From Eledone cirrhosa (lineage: Eukaryota), in contig OZ024742.1 of NCBI GenBank assembly GCA_964016885.1, positions 213,032,001 to 213,096,000 on the forward strand: a DNA stretch of 64,000 bases, in the 5' to 3' direction. Every line of letters begins with the position of its first letter. Positions within the stretch are counted from its first letter, which is position 1. The notes beneath the pieces are model-generated. The model searched no databases, was not told the origin of the DNA, and worked only from the letters and a program-made list of their open reading frames with translations. Both the position numbers and the translations under genes were made by a program. Of this stretch, positions 25,476 to 38,385 are shown piece by piece.

Positions 25476-26650
25476 TCCATCCATCCAACCATCCAACCAT
25501 CCAACCATCCACCCATCCATCCATCCAACCATCCATCCATCAAACCATCCAACCATCCAACCATCCAACCATCCAACCATCAAACCATCAAACCATCCAA
25601 CCATCAAACCATCCAACCATCCAACCATCCAACCGTCTGTCCATCCAACCATCAAACCATCCAACCATCAAACCATCCAACCATCCAACCATCCAACCAT
25701 CCAACCATCAAACCATCCAACCATCCAACCATCAAACCATCCAACCATCCAACCATCCAACCATCGAACCATCCAACCATCCAACCATCAAACCATCCAA
25801 CCATCCAACCATCAAACCATCCAACCATCCAACCATCCAACCATCCAACCATCCAACCATCCATCCATCCAACCATCCAACCATCCAACCATCAAACCAT
25901 CCAACCATCAAACCATCCAACCATCCAACCATCCAACCATCAAACCATCCAACCATCCAACCATCCAACCATCCAACCATCCAACCATCCAACCATCAAA
26001 CCATCCAACCATCCAACCATCAAACCATCCAACCATCCAACCATCCAACCATCGAACCATCAAACCATCCAACCATCAAACCATCCAACCATCCAACCAT
26101 CAAACCATCCAACCATCCAACCATCCAACCATCCATCCATCCAACCATCCAACCATCCAACCATCCATCCATCCAACCATCCAACCATCCAACCATCAAA
26201 CCATCCAACCATCAAACCATCCAACCATCCAACCATCCAACCATCCAACCATCCAACCATCCAACCATCAAACCATCCAACCATCCAACCATCAAACCAT
26301 CCAACCATCCAACCATCAAACCATCAAACCATCCAACCATCAAACCATCCAACCATCTAACCATCCAACCATCCAACCATCCAACCATCAAACCATCCAA
26401 CCATCCAACCATCAAACCATCCAACCATCCAACCATCCAACCATCCAACCATCCAACCATCAAACCATCAAACCATCCAACCATCAAACCATCCAACCAT
26501 CCAACCATCCAACCATCCAACCATCCAACCATCAAACCATCCAACCATCCAACCATCCAACCATCCAACCATCAAACCATCAAACCATCCAACCATCAAA
26601 CCATCCAACCATCCAACCATCAAACCATCAAACCATCCAACCATCCATCC
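25476..26650. repeat. (CCATCCAA/CCATCAAA)n octamer satellite
   Basis: Directly visible. Confidence 0.95.
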
Positions 26651-27560
26651 ATCCAACGTCCAACCATCCAACCTATCCATCCATCCAACCATCGAACCTA
26701 TCCATCCATCTATCCAACCAGCCAGAAATCCAGTCAATCAACCATCCATCCAACCATCGCCCAGCCAGCCAGCTAGTCTACCAGTCAATCAGCCAGCCAC
26801 CATCCATCCATCCATCCATCCATCCATCCATCCATCCATCCAACTAGCCAGCCAACCATCAATCCATCCATCTATTCAACCAACCAGCCAACCAGCCAAT
26901 CAGTGAGTGAGCTATCCCTCCAATCAGCCAACCATCCAGCCATCCATCTATTTAACCAGCCAGCCAGTCAGTCAGCTAACGATCCATCCATCCATCCATC
27001 AATCCAGCCAACCAGCCAGCCAGCCATCTATTCAACCAGCCAACCAGTGAGTGAGCCATCCCTCCAATCAGCCAACCATCCAACCATCCAGCCATCCAAC
27101 TAGTCAACCAACCAGCCAGCCAACCAACCAGCCAACCAGTGAGTGAGCCATCCCTCCAATCAGCCAACCATCCAACCATCCAGCCATCCAACTAGTCAAC
27201 CAACCGGCCAGCCAACCAGCCAACCAGTGAGTGAGCCATCCCTCCAATCAGCCAACCATCCAACCATCCAGCCATCCAACTAGTCAACCAACCAGCCAGC
27301 CAACCAGCCAACCAGTGAGTGAGCCATCCCCCCATTCAGCCAACCATCCAACCGTCCAGCCATCCATCTAGTCAACCAACCAGCCAGCCAACCAGCCAGC
27401 CAGTGAATGAGGTATCTTACCATTCAGCCAACCATCCAACCATCCAGCCATTCATGTAGTCAACCAACCAGACAGCCAACCAACCGGCCAGCCATCCAAC
27501 TATCCACCCCTTCAACCATCCATACATCCATCGAATCAGCCAGGCAGCCAACCTCGTCAG
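26650..27560. repeat. Degenerate CCAN-tetramer satellite with ~70-90-bp higher-order units
   Basis: ccagtgagtgagccatccctccaatcagccaaccatcc recurs at least five times. Confidence 0.85.
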
Positions 27561-27783
27561 CTAATTAACCAGAGGCGGCTGTAGACATGAAACTACATAT
27601 TTTTAAATTAACAAATCTAAAGAAAGAAAGAATGAATGAATGAGAGAAGGAGTGACGAGAACGAGATAAAATAATAAAGACAGCAACAGTTTATGTGTGT
27701 GTGTGAGAACGGGGTTAGACTAGAGAGAGACATATAGAGAGAATGTGAGAGGTGGAAAGGGATTGACAGAGTGTGTGAAAGAA

Positions 27784-27821
<38 letters not shown>

Positions 27822-28157
27822 CAGAGAGAGAGAGAAAATTAGAAAGGAAGAAAAAGAGAGAAAAGTAAGAGAAAATGAGAGAGAGAGAGGGGAGAGAGAG
27901 AGAGAGAGAGAGAAATAAATAAATAAAAAGAGACAAAAAAGCGACGAGGTACAGAGATAGATAGAAAGAGTGTGAGTGTGAGTGTGCGTGCATGTGCTTG
28001 TATGTGTATGTGTGTGCTTGTGTGTGTGTGTGTGTGTGTGAGTGTGTGTGTGCGTGTGTGTGTGTGAGTATGAAAGAGAGAGATTTCAATGAAGTAGATT
28101 TGACTTCATAGAGTCGGTTGGAGTGGAACAATCAACACAGCCACATGATTCTATGGG

Positions 28158-28268
28158 AAATCCCGCCGAGGTTAACTTTGCCTTTCATCCTTACGGGGTC
28201 GATAAAATAAAGTACCAGTAATACACTGGGTTATTGCTGGCCTTGTGCCTAACGTAGAAACAATTAAT
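28158..28268 (+). mobile_element. 5'-truncated SINE (Meta/MESC-like)
   Basis: Family consensus from aaatcccgccgagg to gtagaaacaatt. Confidence 0.85.
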
Positions 28269-28821
28269 GTAAATGTAGCTATTATTTGACAGAGCAGTAA
28301 ATAGCCATTATATATTTCCGAGTTCAAATCTAGCCAAAATCGATTTTATCTTTCATCTTTTTAGAGTGGACAGGTTTTAGGAGCAAAGCCAACAGGCTGA
28401 AGACACAGATGGGAGACCATGAACAAGTTGGTTGGGTATCATCCATGAGCTCAGTTTGTCTCGTTAGGAGATCTAGTTGGATCATATGGAAACGGTTGCT
28501 TCCGATAGGACTCTCTGCAATGTATATCTGAGGAATCTAACCACCACCACGTTCTCACGAATAATAATAATAATAATAATAATAATGCTTTCTTTATTAA
28601 CCATAAAGTAGACATTAAGGACAGTACAGGACAATACAGGACGGTACAAATGGGCAATTCTGCGTGTAAAAAAAACAGAGGATGTAATAAAAAAATAACA
28701 ATGAAAAATTCCCCAATAGGGGGGAGACTTCCGAGGGACATTTGTGGAGAAAACCCATTAAAAGGCCACAGTGACCCTGACCACCAGGGCAAATGCCCTC
28801 TCCCAGTTTTCCACCTTTAAT

Positions 28822-31654
28822 TTACAGACACATACTCAGAGTAGGCCCATTCACTCGGGCCATACTTGCTTCTCTCACCCATCTTTCAACAAAATGCTGG
28901 GAAGAGAGCACTTCCCTCTCTACTCTGATTTTCCTTTTCAAATGAAATTTGAAAAAGTTAATCAGGGCATCACCGAAGAGGTAAGTGCTCGTCTTCAGCC
29001 CTTTCAAACGTGTCCACCATACTATCTCTTTCGCCATGGCCACCAGACAGATAAAAACTGCCTGCCCTTCCCGGCTAAAGGAAGAGGGCGGGGCAATCCT
29101 CACGATGGACTCAGCTGATAGCTGGATCCGTCCTACACGTGACAGCAGGTGTTCGACATAAACCCACAAGTCAGCAATTCTCGGACACTGGACGAGTGCG
29201 TGCAGGACGGTTTCGTCGCCCTGCGCGCATCTCGGACATGCCCGACTGACGGCACCTCCATGCCTGTAGAGTTTATCCCGAACTGGCAAATCTCCTCGGT
29301 AGCACAACCAGGCCAGGGATTTCTGGAAGTTGTCCATAGGCCCCGGCCCGAAAGTCCTTCCGAAGAGATTGCCTAGTTGATTTTCGTCGACGCCTAGAGT
29401 TTCTCCAAGTACGCCGTCGCTCTTCCCCTCCACTAATCCTCTATAGAACGCGAAGGTGGAGATTCCACCGATCACATTGCCCGATTGGTCGACTTTTCCT
29501 GGTTGATCATTGCTCCTGTCACCGCTTCGTATTTTCTTAGTGTTGTGCCGATCGCCTCGATGTGTTTGGCGTTCGACACCACTACGGTGACATCGTCCGC
29601 ATATGCTGACACGGATCTTCCGCATCCTAGTTCGCGCAGGACCCCCCTCAACGTCTCCAGTTTCTGCAGTAATGGCTCGAGAGTCAATACGTACAAGAGA
29701 GACGAGAGGGGACATCCTTGGCGGACCGAGCGCATGATGTTGAACGGTTCCGAAAGGTGACCGTTCACTCTCACCACAGAGCAGATGTCGCTGTGCATGG
29801 CAGCGATCCAGCCTCTGAAGACGGGCCCAAAGCCAGCCGCCCTTAGGACTGCCGCTAGGTAACGATGGTCGACCCTATCGAAAGCTTTCGACTGATCTAA
29901 ATTGATCAAGGACCCAGCCGTGCCAGGTTCCCTAGCTACCCTCTCTACGATGTATCGCATGAGGTGGAGGTTGTCGTGGATGGAGCTGTCGGGAATGGCG
30001 CACGTCTGCGCCTCTCCCACCAGACCACCAACGACAAGCGCCAACCTCTTTGCTAGCACCTTGGCCAAAATCTTGAACTGTGTGTTTAGCAGAGTTCTGA
30101 GCCTGAAATTATCTATGTTATACCCCTTGTTCGGATCCTTTCTCAGCAGCGCCACAGCTCCTCGGCTCACACAGCTGGGAATTCTCCCGTTCTGTTGCCA
30201 GTTGCAGTAGACGTCCGCCAAGAGGCCTCCGAACAAGTCTGGCATCTGTACGTAAAGTTCATAGGGCTGACCATCCAAACCAGGCGATTTATCCCTTGTG
30301 CAGCCAGTCATTGCCTCCCGTACTTCAGCGGCTGTTATCGGCTTTTCGCAACACTCCGCCTCAGTGGCCGAGAGCCGCGGCAGTCCGTCGAGGTAGACAC
30401 TAAAGTCCATCCCTCGATTCGGCCCGCCGCTGCACCCGACAGCTGGGCGAAGTGTCGCTGGAAAGCTTCACACATTTGCCCGGGATCGAGTAGCATGCGC
30501 CCGTCGTGGTCCACCAAAGACCAGATCGTGGCTTTGTTGCCACGACGCGCCTCCGCCACTCGGGCCCATTGAAGGACTTTCGTTCCCTCGTGTCTGAGAG
30601 CACGCACCCTAGCTCTGACAGCGCAGCCTTTGTGCTTTGCATTGAAGAATTGGTCAAGGGCTAATTTCGCCGCAAGTACGTCGGTCGCGATGCCTTTGCT
30701 AAGCGCCTCGTCTAATTTTCTAACTAGTTCTCCCTCTGCTCTATTTTTCTCTGTTGCTAAAGCCTTACTAAACCTAATGGACTTTATTCTAATCGCTCTT
30801 TTCAGAGCAAACCACCACTTGTTGTTGACGATGGCCCCCGTCAACGCCCGCTTAACTAGTTCGCTAATCCGGTCTCTGTAAGCCTTGCGCGCTGGTAAGG
30901 ACGCGTTTAGCTTCCAGTAGCCGGGTCCTCGTCTATGAAGCCTATCTAAGTCAAGCACACAGATCACGAATTTATGGTCCGTGTAGCTGACTATCTTGAA
31001 TTGTGGACAGCCTATGCTAGACCTATCTATTTCCCTACAAAATACTATATCTAGATATGATCTGGATGACCCTATGCGATTTGTCCAAGTCCACATTGGC
31101 ACATTCGGGAAATCCAATCGGTACCTGTCAGACAGTTCAAAACGCCTGAGCAGGTTGGTGAGGCGCTTGCACCCTCCTCCCCTATCCGCTAATCCCACAC
31201 AGTCCCAGCGTGCATCTAAGATCCCGTTCCAGTCGCCCACTAACACTAAAGAGCGGGACGTTCCAAGAAAGGTCTCCAGACGCCGGAAGAAATCAGGCCG
31301 CCCTGCTCCTGTCGGGGCATAGACGGCCACTAGCCTGAAAGCTTTCCCGTCTCCGCTGGTCACATCCAGCACCACCAACTTACCTTCTGGGTCCAGGAAG
31401 ATGGCCCGTATAGCGAGATCCAAACCTTTCCGAAAAAGCACAGCAACTACTCCCCCCGATCCAGGACGGCTGGGAGATGCGTACAAATCGTAGCCGCCGA
31501 AGATCGGTGCGAAGGCCCGTGCTTCGGAGATTCTGGTCTCGCTGATGGCCACTACATCTATGTTTAGTGACCTGAGGTTGTTGAGCAGGTGACCCTGCTT
31601 CCATGACGACCCCAAGCCACGCGCATTTATGCTGCCTATTCTGAGTGAGGTCAT
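28822..31654 (-). pseudogene. LINE ORF2: APE endonuclease + reverse transcriptase + zf-RVT, frameshifted, with internal deletion
   Basis: GSINARGL, AVYAP, VGDWN, YLD, TDH (EN). KSPGLDG, LDQSKAFDRVDH, RQGCPLS, AYADD (RT). CPRC..ETVLHALVQC. The segment LGVWFG..ALRAL seen in the 1-1216 copy is missing at ~29480. Confidence 0.93.
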
Positions 31655-31688
31655 GTTGAAATGGAGTGGAAAAGATGGGAAAGACCAC

Positions 31689-33129
31689 TTACCTTACTTC
31701 TCGTAGAGGAAGGATGGTTTGTCCATCCTTTTCACTGCTTGTGGCCTCCTCCGGAAGGATGTCCTTATAAATCCTCCTGGAGAGTGCTTGTCGGAAGTCT
31801 CCGATGTCTTTGGGGAATTTTTGTTTTAGTGTCGTGTACGTTTTCTGTGTGATGAGAGTGATTTGTATGTGTGGAGGTTGTGTAAACTTTTGGGTTGTTG
31901 TGTAGTCTTTTTCTGTGATGCTGGTGTTGTGTTGGATGTAGTGTAATAATTGGTTATTGTTCAAATTTAATGCTGTGTAATGTGTATCGTTTTGGTTGTT
32001 TTGTTTTGTTTGCGTTTGTTGTGGGTTTGTTTCTGTTTTGCTTTTTGGTGACTTTTGTGGTGTTGGTGATGGTGGTGTTGGGGTTAATGATGGTGATGGT
32101 ATTGGTGTTTGTGGTGATGGGGTTGGTGATGCTGGTGTGGATGGTGGCATATCTGTCCTAACTTTTTTGTTTGATAGTTTATTTGTTTCCCTCTGTATTT
32201 TGTTTTTGGAGGGGGAGGGAAGAGAATTTTTTCTTTTTTGGTTTCTTTTTTTCTTTTTTCCTGATACCATTTCCCACTCCTCGTCGTCAGAATCTGACTC
32301 CAGTTGTGATAGGCCGGGGAGTGGAAAATCCTCCACAGGCGTTGGTTTTGGTTGTGGCGTGGTGGATGGTGTAGGCGCTGGTGCTAGTTCTGGCGCGTTG
32401 GGTGGTGGTGATGTTGGTTTTGCTACTGTTGCTGGGGTTGTTGCTGTTACAGTTGCTTCTGTTGTTGCTGCTACAGTTGTTGCTGCCATCTCTGCTGCTA
32501 GTGGTGTTGATGGTTGAGTCACTGGGGTGGGTAAGAGAGGTGGCCTCAACCTTTTAGCCTGAGGGCAGAAAGCCCTTAGGTGGGTTCCTTCACCACAAAC
32601 GACACACCTAGGCCTTCTGCCCTCGACGATTACGGTGAGGTGGCTGCCGTCAGTGAGGTCTATTACCTCTGGGATCTCCTCAATGCTTTTTTGGTCCGCT
32701 TGGATCAGGAGCTCCATCCCAGATCCGGACCAGTTCTCCTGCTTTTCTTTCGCTATCTTTCGATTATCTTGGTGTTGGCTTCGATGCCGGCGAGGACGGC
32801 AGCCATTAGCCAGGGAATTTCGATGGCCGGTGGAACGTGGGTCACCCTGATCTTCACGAGTCTCTGGCCACAATAGCTTGGGACGAGTGTGAAGTCGTCA
32901 CTTCTTAATGGGGCCATGGAGTGTTCTCTGGCCTCCTGTGGTGTTTCAAAGAACACGTACACGGTTCCATATTTCTTCCCACGTCTGATGTGGGTTTTTT
33001 TTGCCCACACATGTCCCAAAGCTTTTTGGATTTGGGACTCGGATGCTCGTTCTACTCGGCGCGATTTTATGCTAATCGCCCGATAAGACACGGTGCATAG
33101 GCGCCGATGCTCCATTTTATTAGGTGTGT

Positions 33130-33160
<31 letters not shown>

Positions 33161-33664
33161 GGGGGGGGTTGACCCTGTACCTATCTTTCTTTACCATTTT
33201 TTTGGCTTCTTCTAATTCCTCCTGAGTTACCTGGAATGCTTCGCACTGTTTTGCTACTCTGGCAAATCTCAGGGTGGCTTTCTTAATTTCATTGTTGCTG
33301 TTATCGTTATTTTTGTTATTGTTAATTTTAGTTTCAGTTGTGGTGGTGGTGGCGTCAGTGGTGTTCGGTGTGGAAGAGTTCATTTTGGTTGAATTCATTT
33401 CGATATCACGAGTTAATTTATTTTTTCTTTTGTTTCTTTTGTCGCGGTGGTGGTGGGGATGGTGGTTGTCGCGGTGGTGGTGGTGGTGGCGGCTTTAACA
33501 CCTGCAGTCATTGGTAATGGCGGGAAATGAATGTCTGCCTGAGACAAATTTAAAATATTGCTACTGCTTATATTTTTAGTGTTGGCAAACGTAGTAATAT
33601 TTACAATGGTGGTGTCGGTGTGAGGTGTTATGTTGTGAGGAAGGAGTGAATCTGAGTCGTCCAT
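31689..33664 (-). pseudogene. LINE ORF1 (RRM-like region, CCHC zinc knuckle, Pro/Thr-rich linker), frameshifted
   Basis: ORF pieces 33413-33664, 33120-33398, 32753-33115 and 31689-32873. Knuckle RCVVCGEGTHLRAFC. Interrupted by a (GT)n-poly(G) run at 33123-33168. Confidence 0.8.
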
Positions 33665-33878
33665 GATTTTTCAAAGAAAAATTTTTGTTTGATAATTATA
33701 AAAGTTTAAATTTTGGGCTCAAGGCCCCAATCTTTTTGGGTGTCCTTTTCAGATAACAATGTATGTGCACTTATATACAGTTAACAATAAAAATGTTCCA
33801 TACATGGCAATTTTAAACAACTGAAAATAACAAACCTTTGCGGAGCTCACGACGATACGATTTACTACGTAGGTCACC

Positions 33879-33923
<45 letters not shown>

Positions 33924-34110
33924 TGTTTCTACGTTAGGCACAAAGTGTCATTTAAGTACTGTGAGTGGTTAGATATAATGGACTATTTCTTCCCAACTTC
34001 CAAATGGGGTCGATAAAATAAAGTACCAGTAATGCACTGAGGTCGATTTAATCGACTTTCCCCTTCCCCAAAATTGTTGGCATTGTGCCTAAATCAGAAA
34101 TCAATATTAA
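33924..34110. mobile_element. SINE fragments (minus-strand 3' tip whose (ATT)n tail hosts the Tx1; plus-strand 3' half at 34005-34105)
   Basis: aattgtttctacgttaggcacaa is the reverse complement of the SINE 3' end. ggggtcgataaaataaagtaccag is the core. Confidence 0.75.
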
Positions 34111-34627
34111 TGGTTTGTCTATACGGGTGGTTGCATATTTACAACCGTTTGTAATTGGAAGGATTTATTCCTGTGTCTGTTTTTAGAAATTATTTCTAAA
34201 TTGTCATTTAATATTTTGGGAAAATTGTATGAATGACCTAGGTTGCATTTTGATCCATTAGTGCAGTCTCAACGATGTATTAAGTTCTGTCAATTATATT
34301 CTACATCAGTCTCCAGAGATACTCAGATAGACAGGTGGAATTTATTTCATTCCAGGATTTGAAATTGTGTATGCTTGCTTTTAAATATTTTGTCCGTTTC
34401 CCGTATATAGCTATTTTTATATAATATGTGGAAACTACTTTAGCTTTAAATAGTAGTTCATTTATCATTGAGTAATAGCAAGCATGGGACATGGCTGCAA
34501 TAGCATTTACTGGTTGATTTGATGTTTCCTTAAGTTATTACGTTTGTTAAAATAGATATTTGTGTTGCCATGTTTTTCCCTAAATCTACAGCTAACTTTT
34601 ATAATGTTCTTATCTAAACCATTATGT

Positions 34628-34995
34628 AGACCTGTCAACTCTACCGTCCGACGGGTAGATTTCCCACCCCATTTGGGGTGGGTGAGATGTTCTCTTGTGA
34701 AAATGTGTATAGCTTTCATTATTGGCAGTATCGGTAGAGGGTCGGACGCCATGCTTTCCAGCATAGTTACGTCCCTTTATTATCTGAGTTCAAATCCCGC
34801 CGAGGTTGACTTTGCCTTTCATCCTTACGGGATCGATAAAATAAAGTACCAGTAATGCACTGGGTATTTGCTGGCCCTGTGCCAAAAGTAGAAATAATTA
34901 TGTAAAATCTCCCCATTTTGACTGATTTCTCCTCGTTTTGGGGCACTCTTTTATGGTACTACCCGTTTTGGGTTTTTAGAGGTTGGCAGGTCTGG
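34628..34995. mobile_element. MITE with a nested near-full SINE (34720-34900)
   Basis: TIRs agacctgtcaac / gttggcaggtct. SINE consensus inside. Confidence 0.85.
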
Positions 34996-35679
34996 TATAG
35001 CTATATTCATTTTATTGTAGAAATGACTTCCACAGGATTATATCTGTTTCATTCGTATGAAATCACCAGGAAACCGATCCAACCAGGTCAGACATACACA
35101 GAACTACCAACGTCCTCATTTCCCTATTTTCTCTGAACGCTATTCAATTCATTATCCATCACATAATTCTTTGCACATTCATCATGTGAAACTGTTTGCA
35201 ACATGATTTACTTGAAATGGTGTATTACATGGTAAAAATTGAAACAAGTGTTGATTAGAGTATAGAATGGCAGACGATCCCATGGAGGTTGATATCATTA
35301 TTAGTCGAAGGTAAGGCGGTGGATTGGTATAATCGGTACAGCTTCGAGCAACATGCTTAGCGGCATAGAGTTATAGCCTGTTTATCATATGTATGGTTGG
35401 CACGGAAATGTTTTTGTTTTATGTTTATGCTACAATTATACTAAAACTGAACTTAAACGAGGCAATCTGCCATATCTGATTTCTACTGCTCTGTCACCCG
35501 CCACATATTCTTGGTTTCCTTTAACACGGCGTTATATTGGAAGCTTCAATTTGTAAATATTCGAATTTTGTTTATATACTATGTATGTATGTATGTATGT
35601 ATGTATGTATGTATGTATGTATGTATGTATGTATGTATGTATGTATGTATGTATGTATGTATGTATGTATGTATGTATG

Positions 35680-36088
35680 GAGAGATGACCCCTTAGCCTT
35701 TGTCAAGGCAGAATTATAGGAGAAGGAAAACTCTGATATAACACCTGCAACCCTGATGGTATCCAATGATGTTGACTTGTTCTTCTTTTTGGTAAATATC
35801 ATCTTAGTTAAGAGAGTGGGACTGGCTTTGTGCAGTGCCTTTGCTCACTATAAAAGCTTCACGGCACAGGCATTGCTTTATATCTGGAGATCTCTCTGCA
35901 CTTGTCGTCACATGGTATCATGGGCCCAGCACTATGTGTCAATAATTGTCACAAGTGTAGTGTTTGTACCAGAGTTTTCAAGTCGCTGGCTGGACTAAAA
36001 ATTCACACTTGTTCAGCGCATCGGTAGGGGTTCTCCTACATGGATATAAAGTAGTGGCCGTACTCGAAAACGAGTTGGCAGCCACCAT
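35680..36088 (+). mobile_element. RTE-derived non-autonomous element, 5'-truncated, (ATGT)n tail
   Basis: Near-identical to 42196-42600. Ends GTGGCCGTACTCGAAAACGAGTTGGCAGCCACC(ATGT)n. Confidence 0.85.
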
Positions 36089-36105
36089 GTATGTGTGTAT
36101 GTATG

Positions 36106-36558
36106 TTATCTCTTTCTCTTAATTTCGAGTATATTTTTTTGACAGGCCACCTTCCCGGTGGCAAGGTTGTAAAAGAAAAGAAATTGTCATCCCTTGAATC
36201 GCAAGAATGTTTTGCAAATTTTGAAGGTGCCAGCTATCGCAGCCATTTGTATACTATGAATTAGGGAGCTGCGCTTTTTGTCCGCAAATCCAAGTTCAGT
36301 CATACTTTGGTCCAAGCGGGTTGGTATATAACCCGTAGCTCCAATAATGATGGGTATGAAGCTAAAGGTGTAGCTTGGATACTGGATTTGTAAACTCCTC
36401 ATCAATGGCCCGTAGATGCCATCCTTCTCCTGTATTTTTCTGACAACGTTTACCTCAAGTGGGCAGCTGATCTCCACAACAGAACACGTTTTCAATGTGT
36501 GGTCCCAAACAACAATATCAGGCCGGTTGTGCTTTAATTTGGTGGCAGTTTTTATTTT
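36106..36558 (-). mobile_element. R4/Dong-type non-LTR element 3' fragment (restriction-like endonuclease)
   Basis: KHNRPDIVVWD..CSVVEISCP..K...Y..PIIIGATG. (TATG)n on both sides. Confidence 0.85.
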
Positions 36559-36576
36559 ATGTATGTATGTATGTAT

Positions 36577-36872
36577 GGTAAATATCATCTTGGTTAAGAG
36601 AGTGGGACTGGCTTTGTGCAGTGCCTTTGCTCACTATAAAAGCTTCACGGCACAGGCATTGCTTTATATCTGGAGATCTCTCTGCACTTGTCGTCACATG
36701 GTAGCATGGGCCCAGCACTATGTGTCAATAATTGTCACAGGTGTAGTGTTTGTACCAGAGTTTTCAAGTCGCTGGCTGGACTAAAAAGTCACACTCATTC
36801 AGCGCATCGGTAGGAGTTCTCCTACATGGATATAAAGTAGTGGCCGTACTCGAAAACGAGTTGGCAGCCACC
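36577..36872 (+). mobile_element. RTE-derived non-autonomous element, shorter copy, (ATGT)n tail
   Basis: Near-identical to 35790-36088. Confidence 0.85.
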
Positions 36873-37292
36873 ATGTATGTATGTATGTATGTATGTATGT
36901 ATGTATGTATGTATGTATGTATGTATGTATGTATGTATGTATGTATGTATGTATGTATGTTGACTACCAGGCTGGTTGACTACCAAGCTGCTGTTGGAGA
37001 TGCCACTCATCATGCTTGCCAAGCATGTGGTAGAGAATGTAAATCAGCAGGAGGGCTCAAGCGACATGCAAAAGTACATGAACTCCAACCACAGCCGGCT
37101 ATTCCCAGTGAATGTTTTCGTTGCCGACTCTGTGCAAGACATTTTAGATCATTGGCTGGGCTAAAAAGCCACATTCGATCTCAGCGCTGTTAGTTGCTAT
37201 CGTGTGTGTGTGTGTGTGTATATATATATGTATATTATTATTGTTGTTGTTGTCGTTATTATTATTGTTGTTATTGTTATATTGTTATACTG

Positions 37293-37415
37293 TCTGAGTT
37301 CAAATCCCGCCGAGGTTTACTTTGCCTTTCATCCTTACGGGGTTGATAAAATAAAGTACCAGTAATACACTGGGAAATTGCTGGCCTTATGCCAAAAGTA
37401 GAAACAATTATTATT
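37293..37415 (+). mobile_element. 5'-truncated SINE (Meta/MESC-like) with (ATT)n tail
   Basis: Family consensus. Confidence 0.85.
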
Positions 37416-37539
37416 ATTATTGTTATTAATGTATATGTGTGTGTATATATATATGTGTGTATATATGTATATCTATGTGTGTATATATATATTTCTTTTT
37501 TTTATTTTATTTTATTTTTTATTTATTTATTAATATATA

Positions 37540-37800
37540 TCTATCTATCTATCTAAGGCGGGTAAAATTTCCGAGATCCATGGACGAGTTCTCTCCAGCG
37601 GTCTCTGTCCCTCATTATCGCTGCCATGTCCTGCGTCTCCAACAGACCAGTGTCTGTCCTTAGGGCATGAACATACGTTAACCTTGCTCTTCCTCTTCTA
37701 GTGTGTCCATGTAGGGGCTCTCAAAGGAGCACTCAGTGCAATGTCAACTCTGGATGTCGGTGAGCATGTCCAGCTAACCTCAGTCTCCTCTGTGTCACTT
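37540..37800 (-). mobile_element. 3' fragment of another RTE/RTEX-like LINE with (TAGA)n tail
   Basis: Minus strand reads RRLRLAGHAHRHPE...RRGRARLTYV...MRDRDRWRELV. Confidence 0.75.
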
Positions 37801-37977
37801 TTGATATATATATATATTTGATATATATATATATATATTTTTTCTCTTCGTGCAATGGCCATACTCGATAACGAGGAGGCAGCCATCATGTATGTATGTA
37901 TGTATGTATGTATGTATGTATGTATGTATGTATGTATGTATGTATGTATGTATGTATGTATGTATGTATGTATGTAT

Positions 37978-38385
37978 GAGAGATGACCCCTTAGCCTTTG
38001 TCAAGGCAGAATTCTAGGAGAAGGAAAACTCTGATATAACACCTGCAACCCTGATGGTATCCAATGATGTTGAATTGTTCTTCTTTTTGGTAAATATCAT
38101 CTTGGTTAAGAGAGTGGGACTGGCTTTGTGCAGTGCCTTTGCTCACTATAAAAGCTTCACAGCACAGGCATTGCTTTATATCTGGAGATCTCTCTGCACT
38201 TGTCGTCACATGGTACCATGGGCCCAGCACTATGTGTCAATAATTGTCACAAGTGTAGTGTTTGTACCAGAGTTTTCAAGTCGCTGACTGGACTAAAAAG
38301 TCACACTCGTTCAGAGCATCGGTAGGGGTTCTCCTACATGGATATGAAGTAGTGGCCGTACTCGAAAACGAGTTGGCAGCCACCA
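37978..38385 (+). mobile_element. RTE-derived non-autonomous element, 5'-truncated at the same point as the 35680 copy
   Basis: Near-identical to 35680-36088. (ATGT)n on both sides. Confidence 0.85.

Larger units (their letters stand above)
28587..33878 (-). mobile_element. Near full-length L1/Tx1-clade LINE, inactivated
   Basis: ORF1 and ORF2 in order, 3' UTR ending AATAAAGAAAGC, (AAT)n on both sides (28560-28586, 33879-33923). Confidence 0.95.
36957..37890 (+). mobile_element. RTE LINE 3' end (two C2H2 fingers + microsatellite-rich 3' UTR + terminal hairpin) with nested insertions
   Basis: CQACGRECKSAGGLKRHAKVH and CRLCARHFRSLAGLKSHIRS match the 61823 ORF. Terminus gcaatggccatactcgataacgaggaggcagccatc(atgt)n. 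Confidence 0.8.

Noticed and set aside
24741-26360. 539-aa ORF (QPSNHPTI repeats)
   Set aside because: It is the translation of a stop-free satellite; no coding signal.
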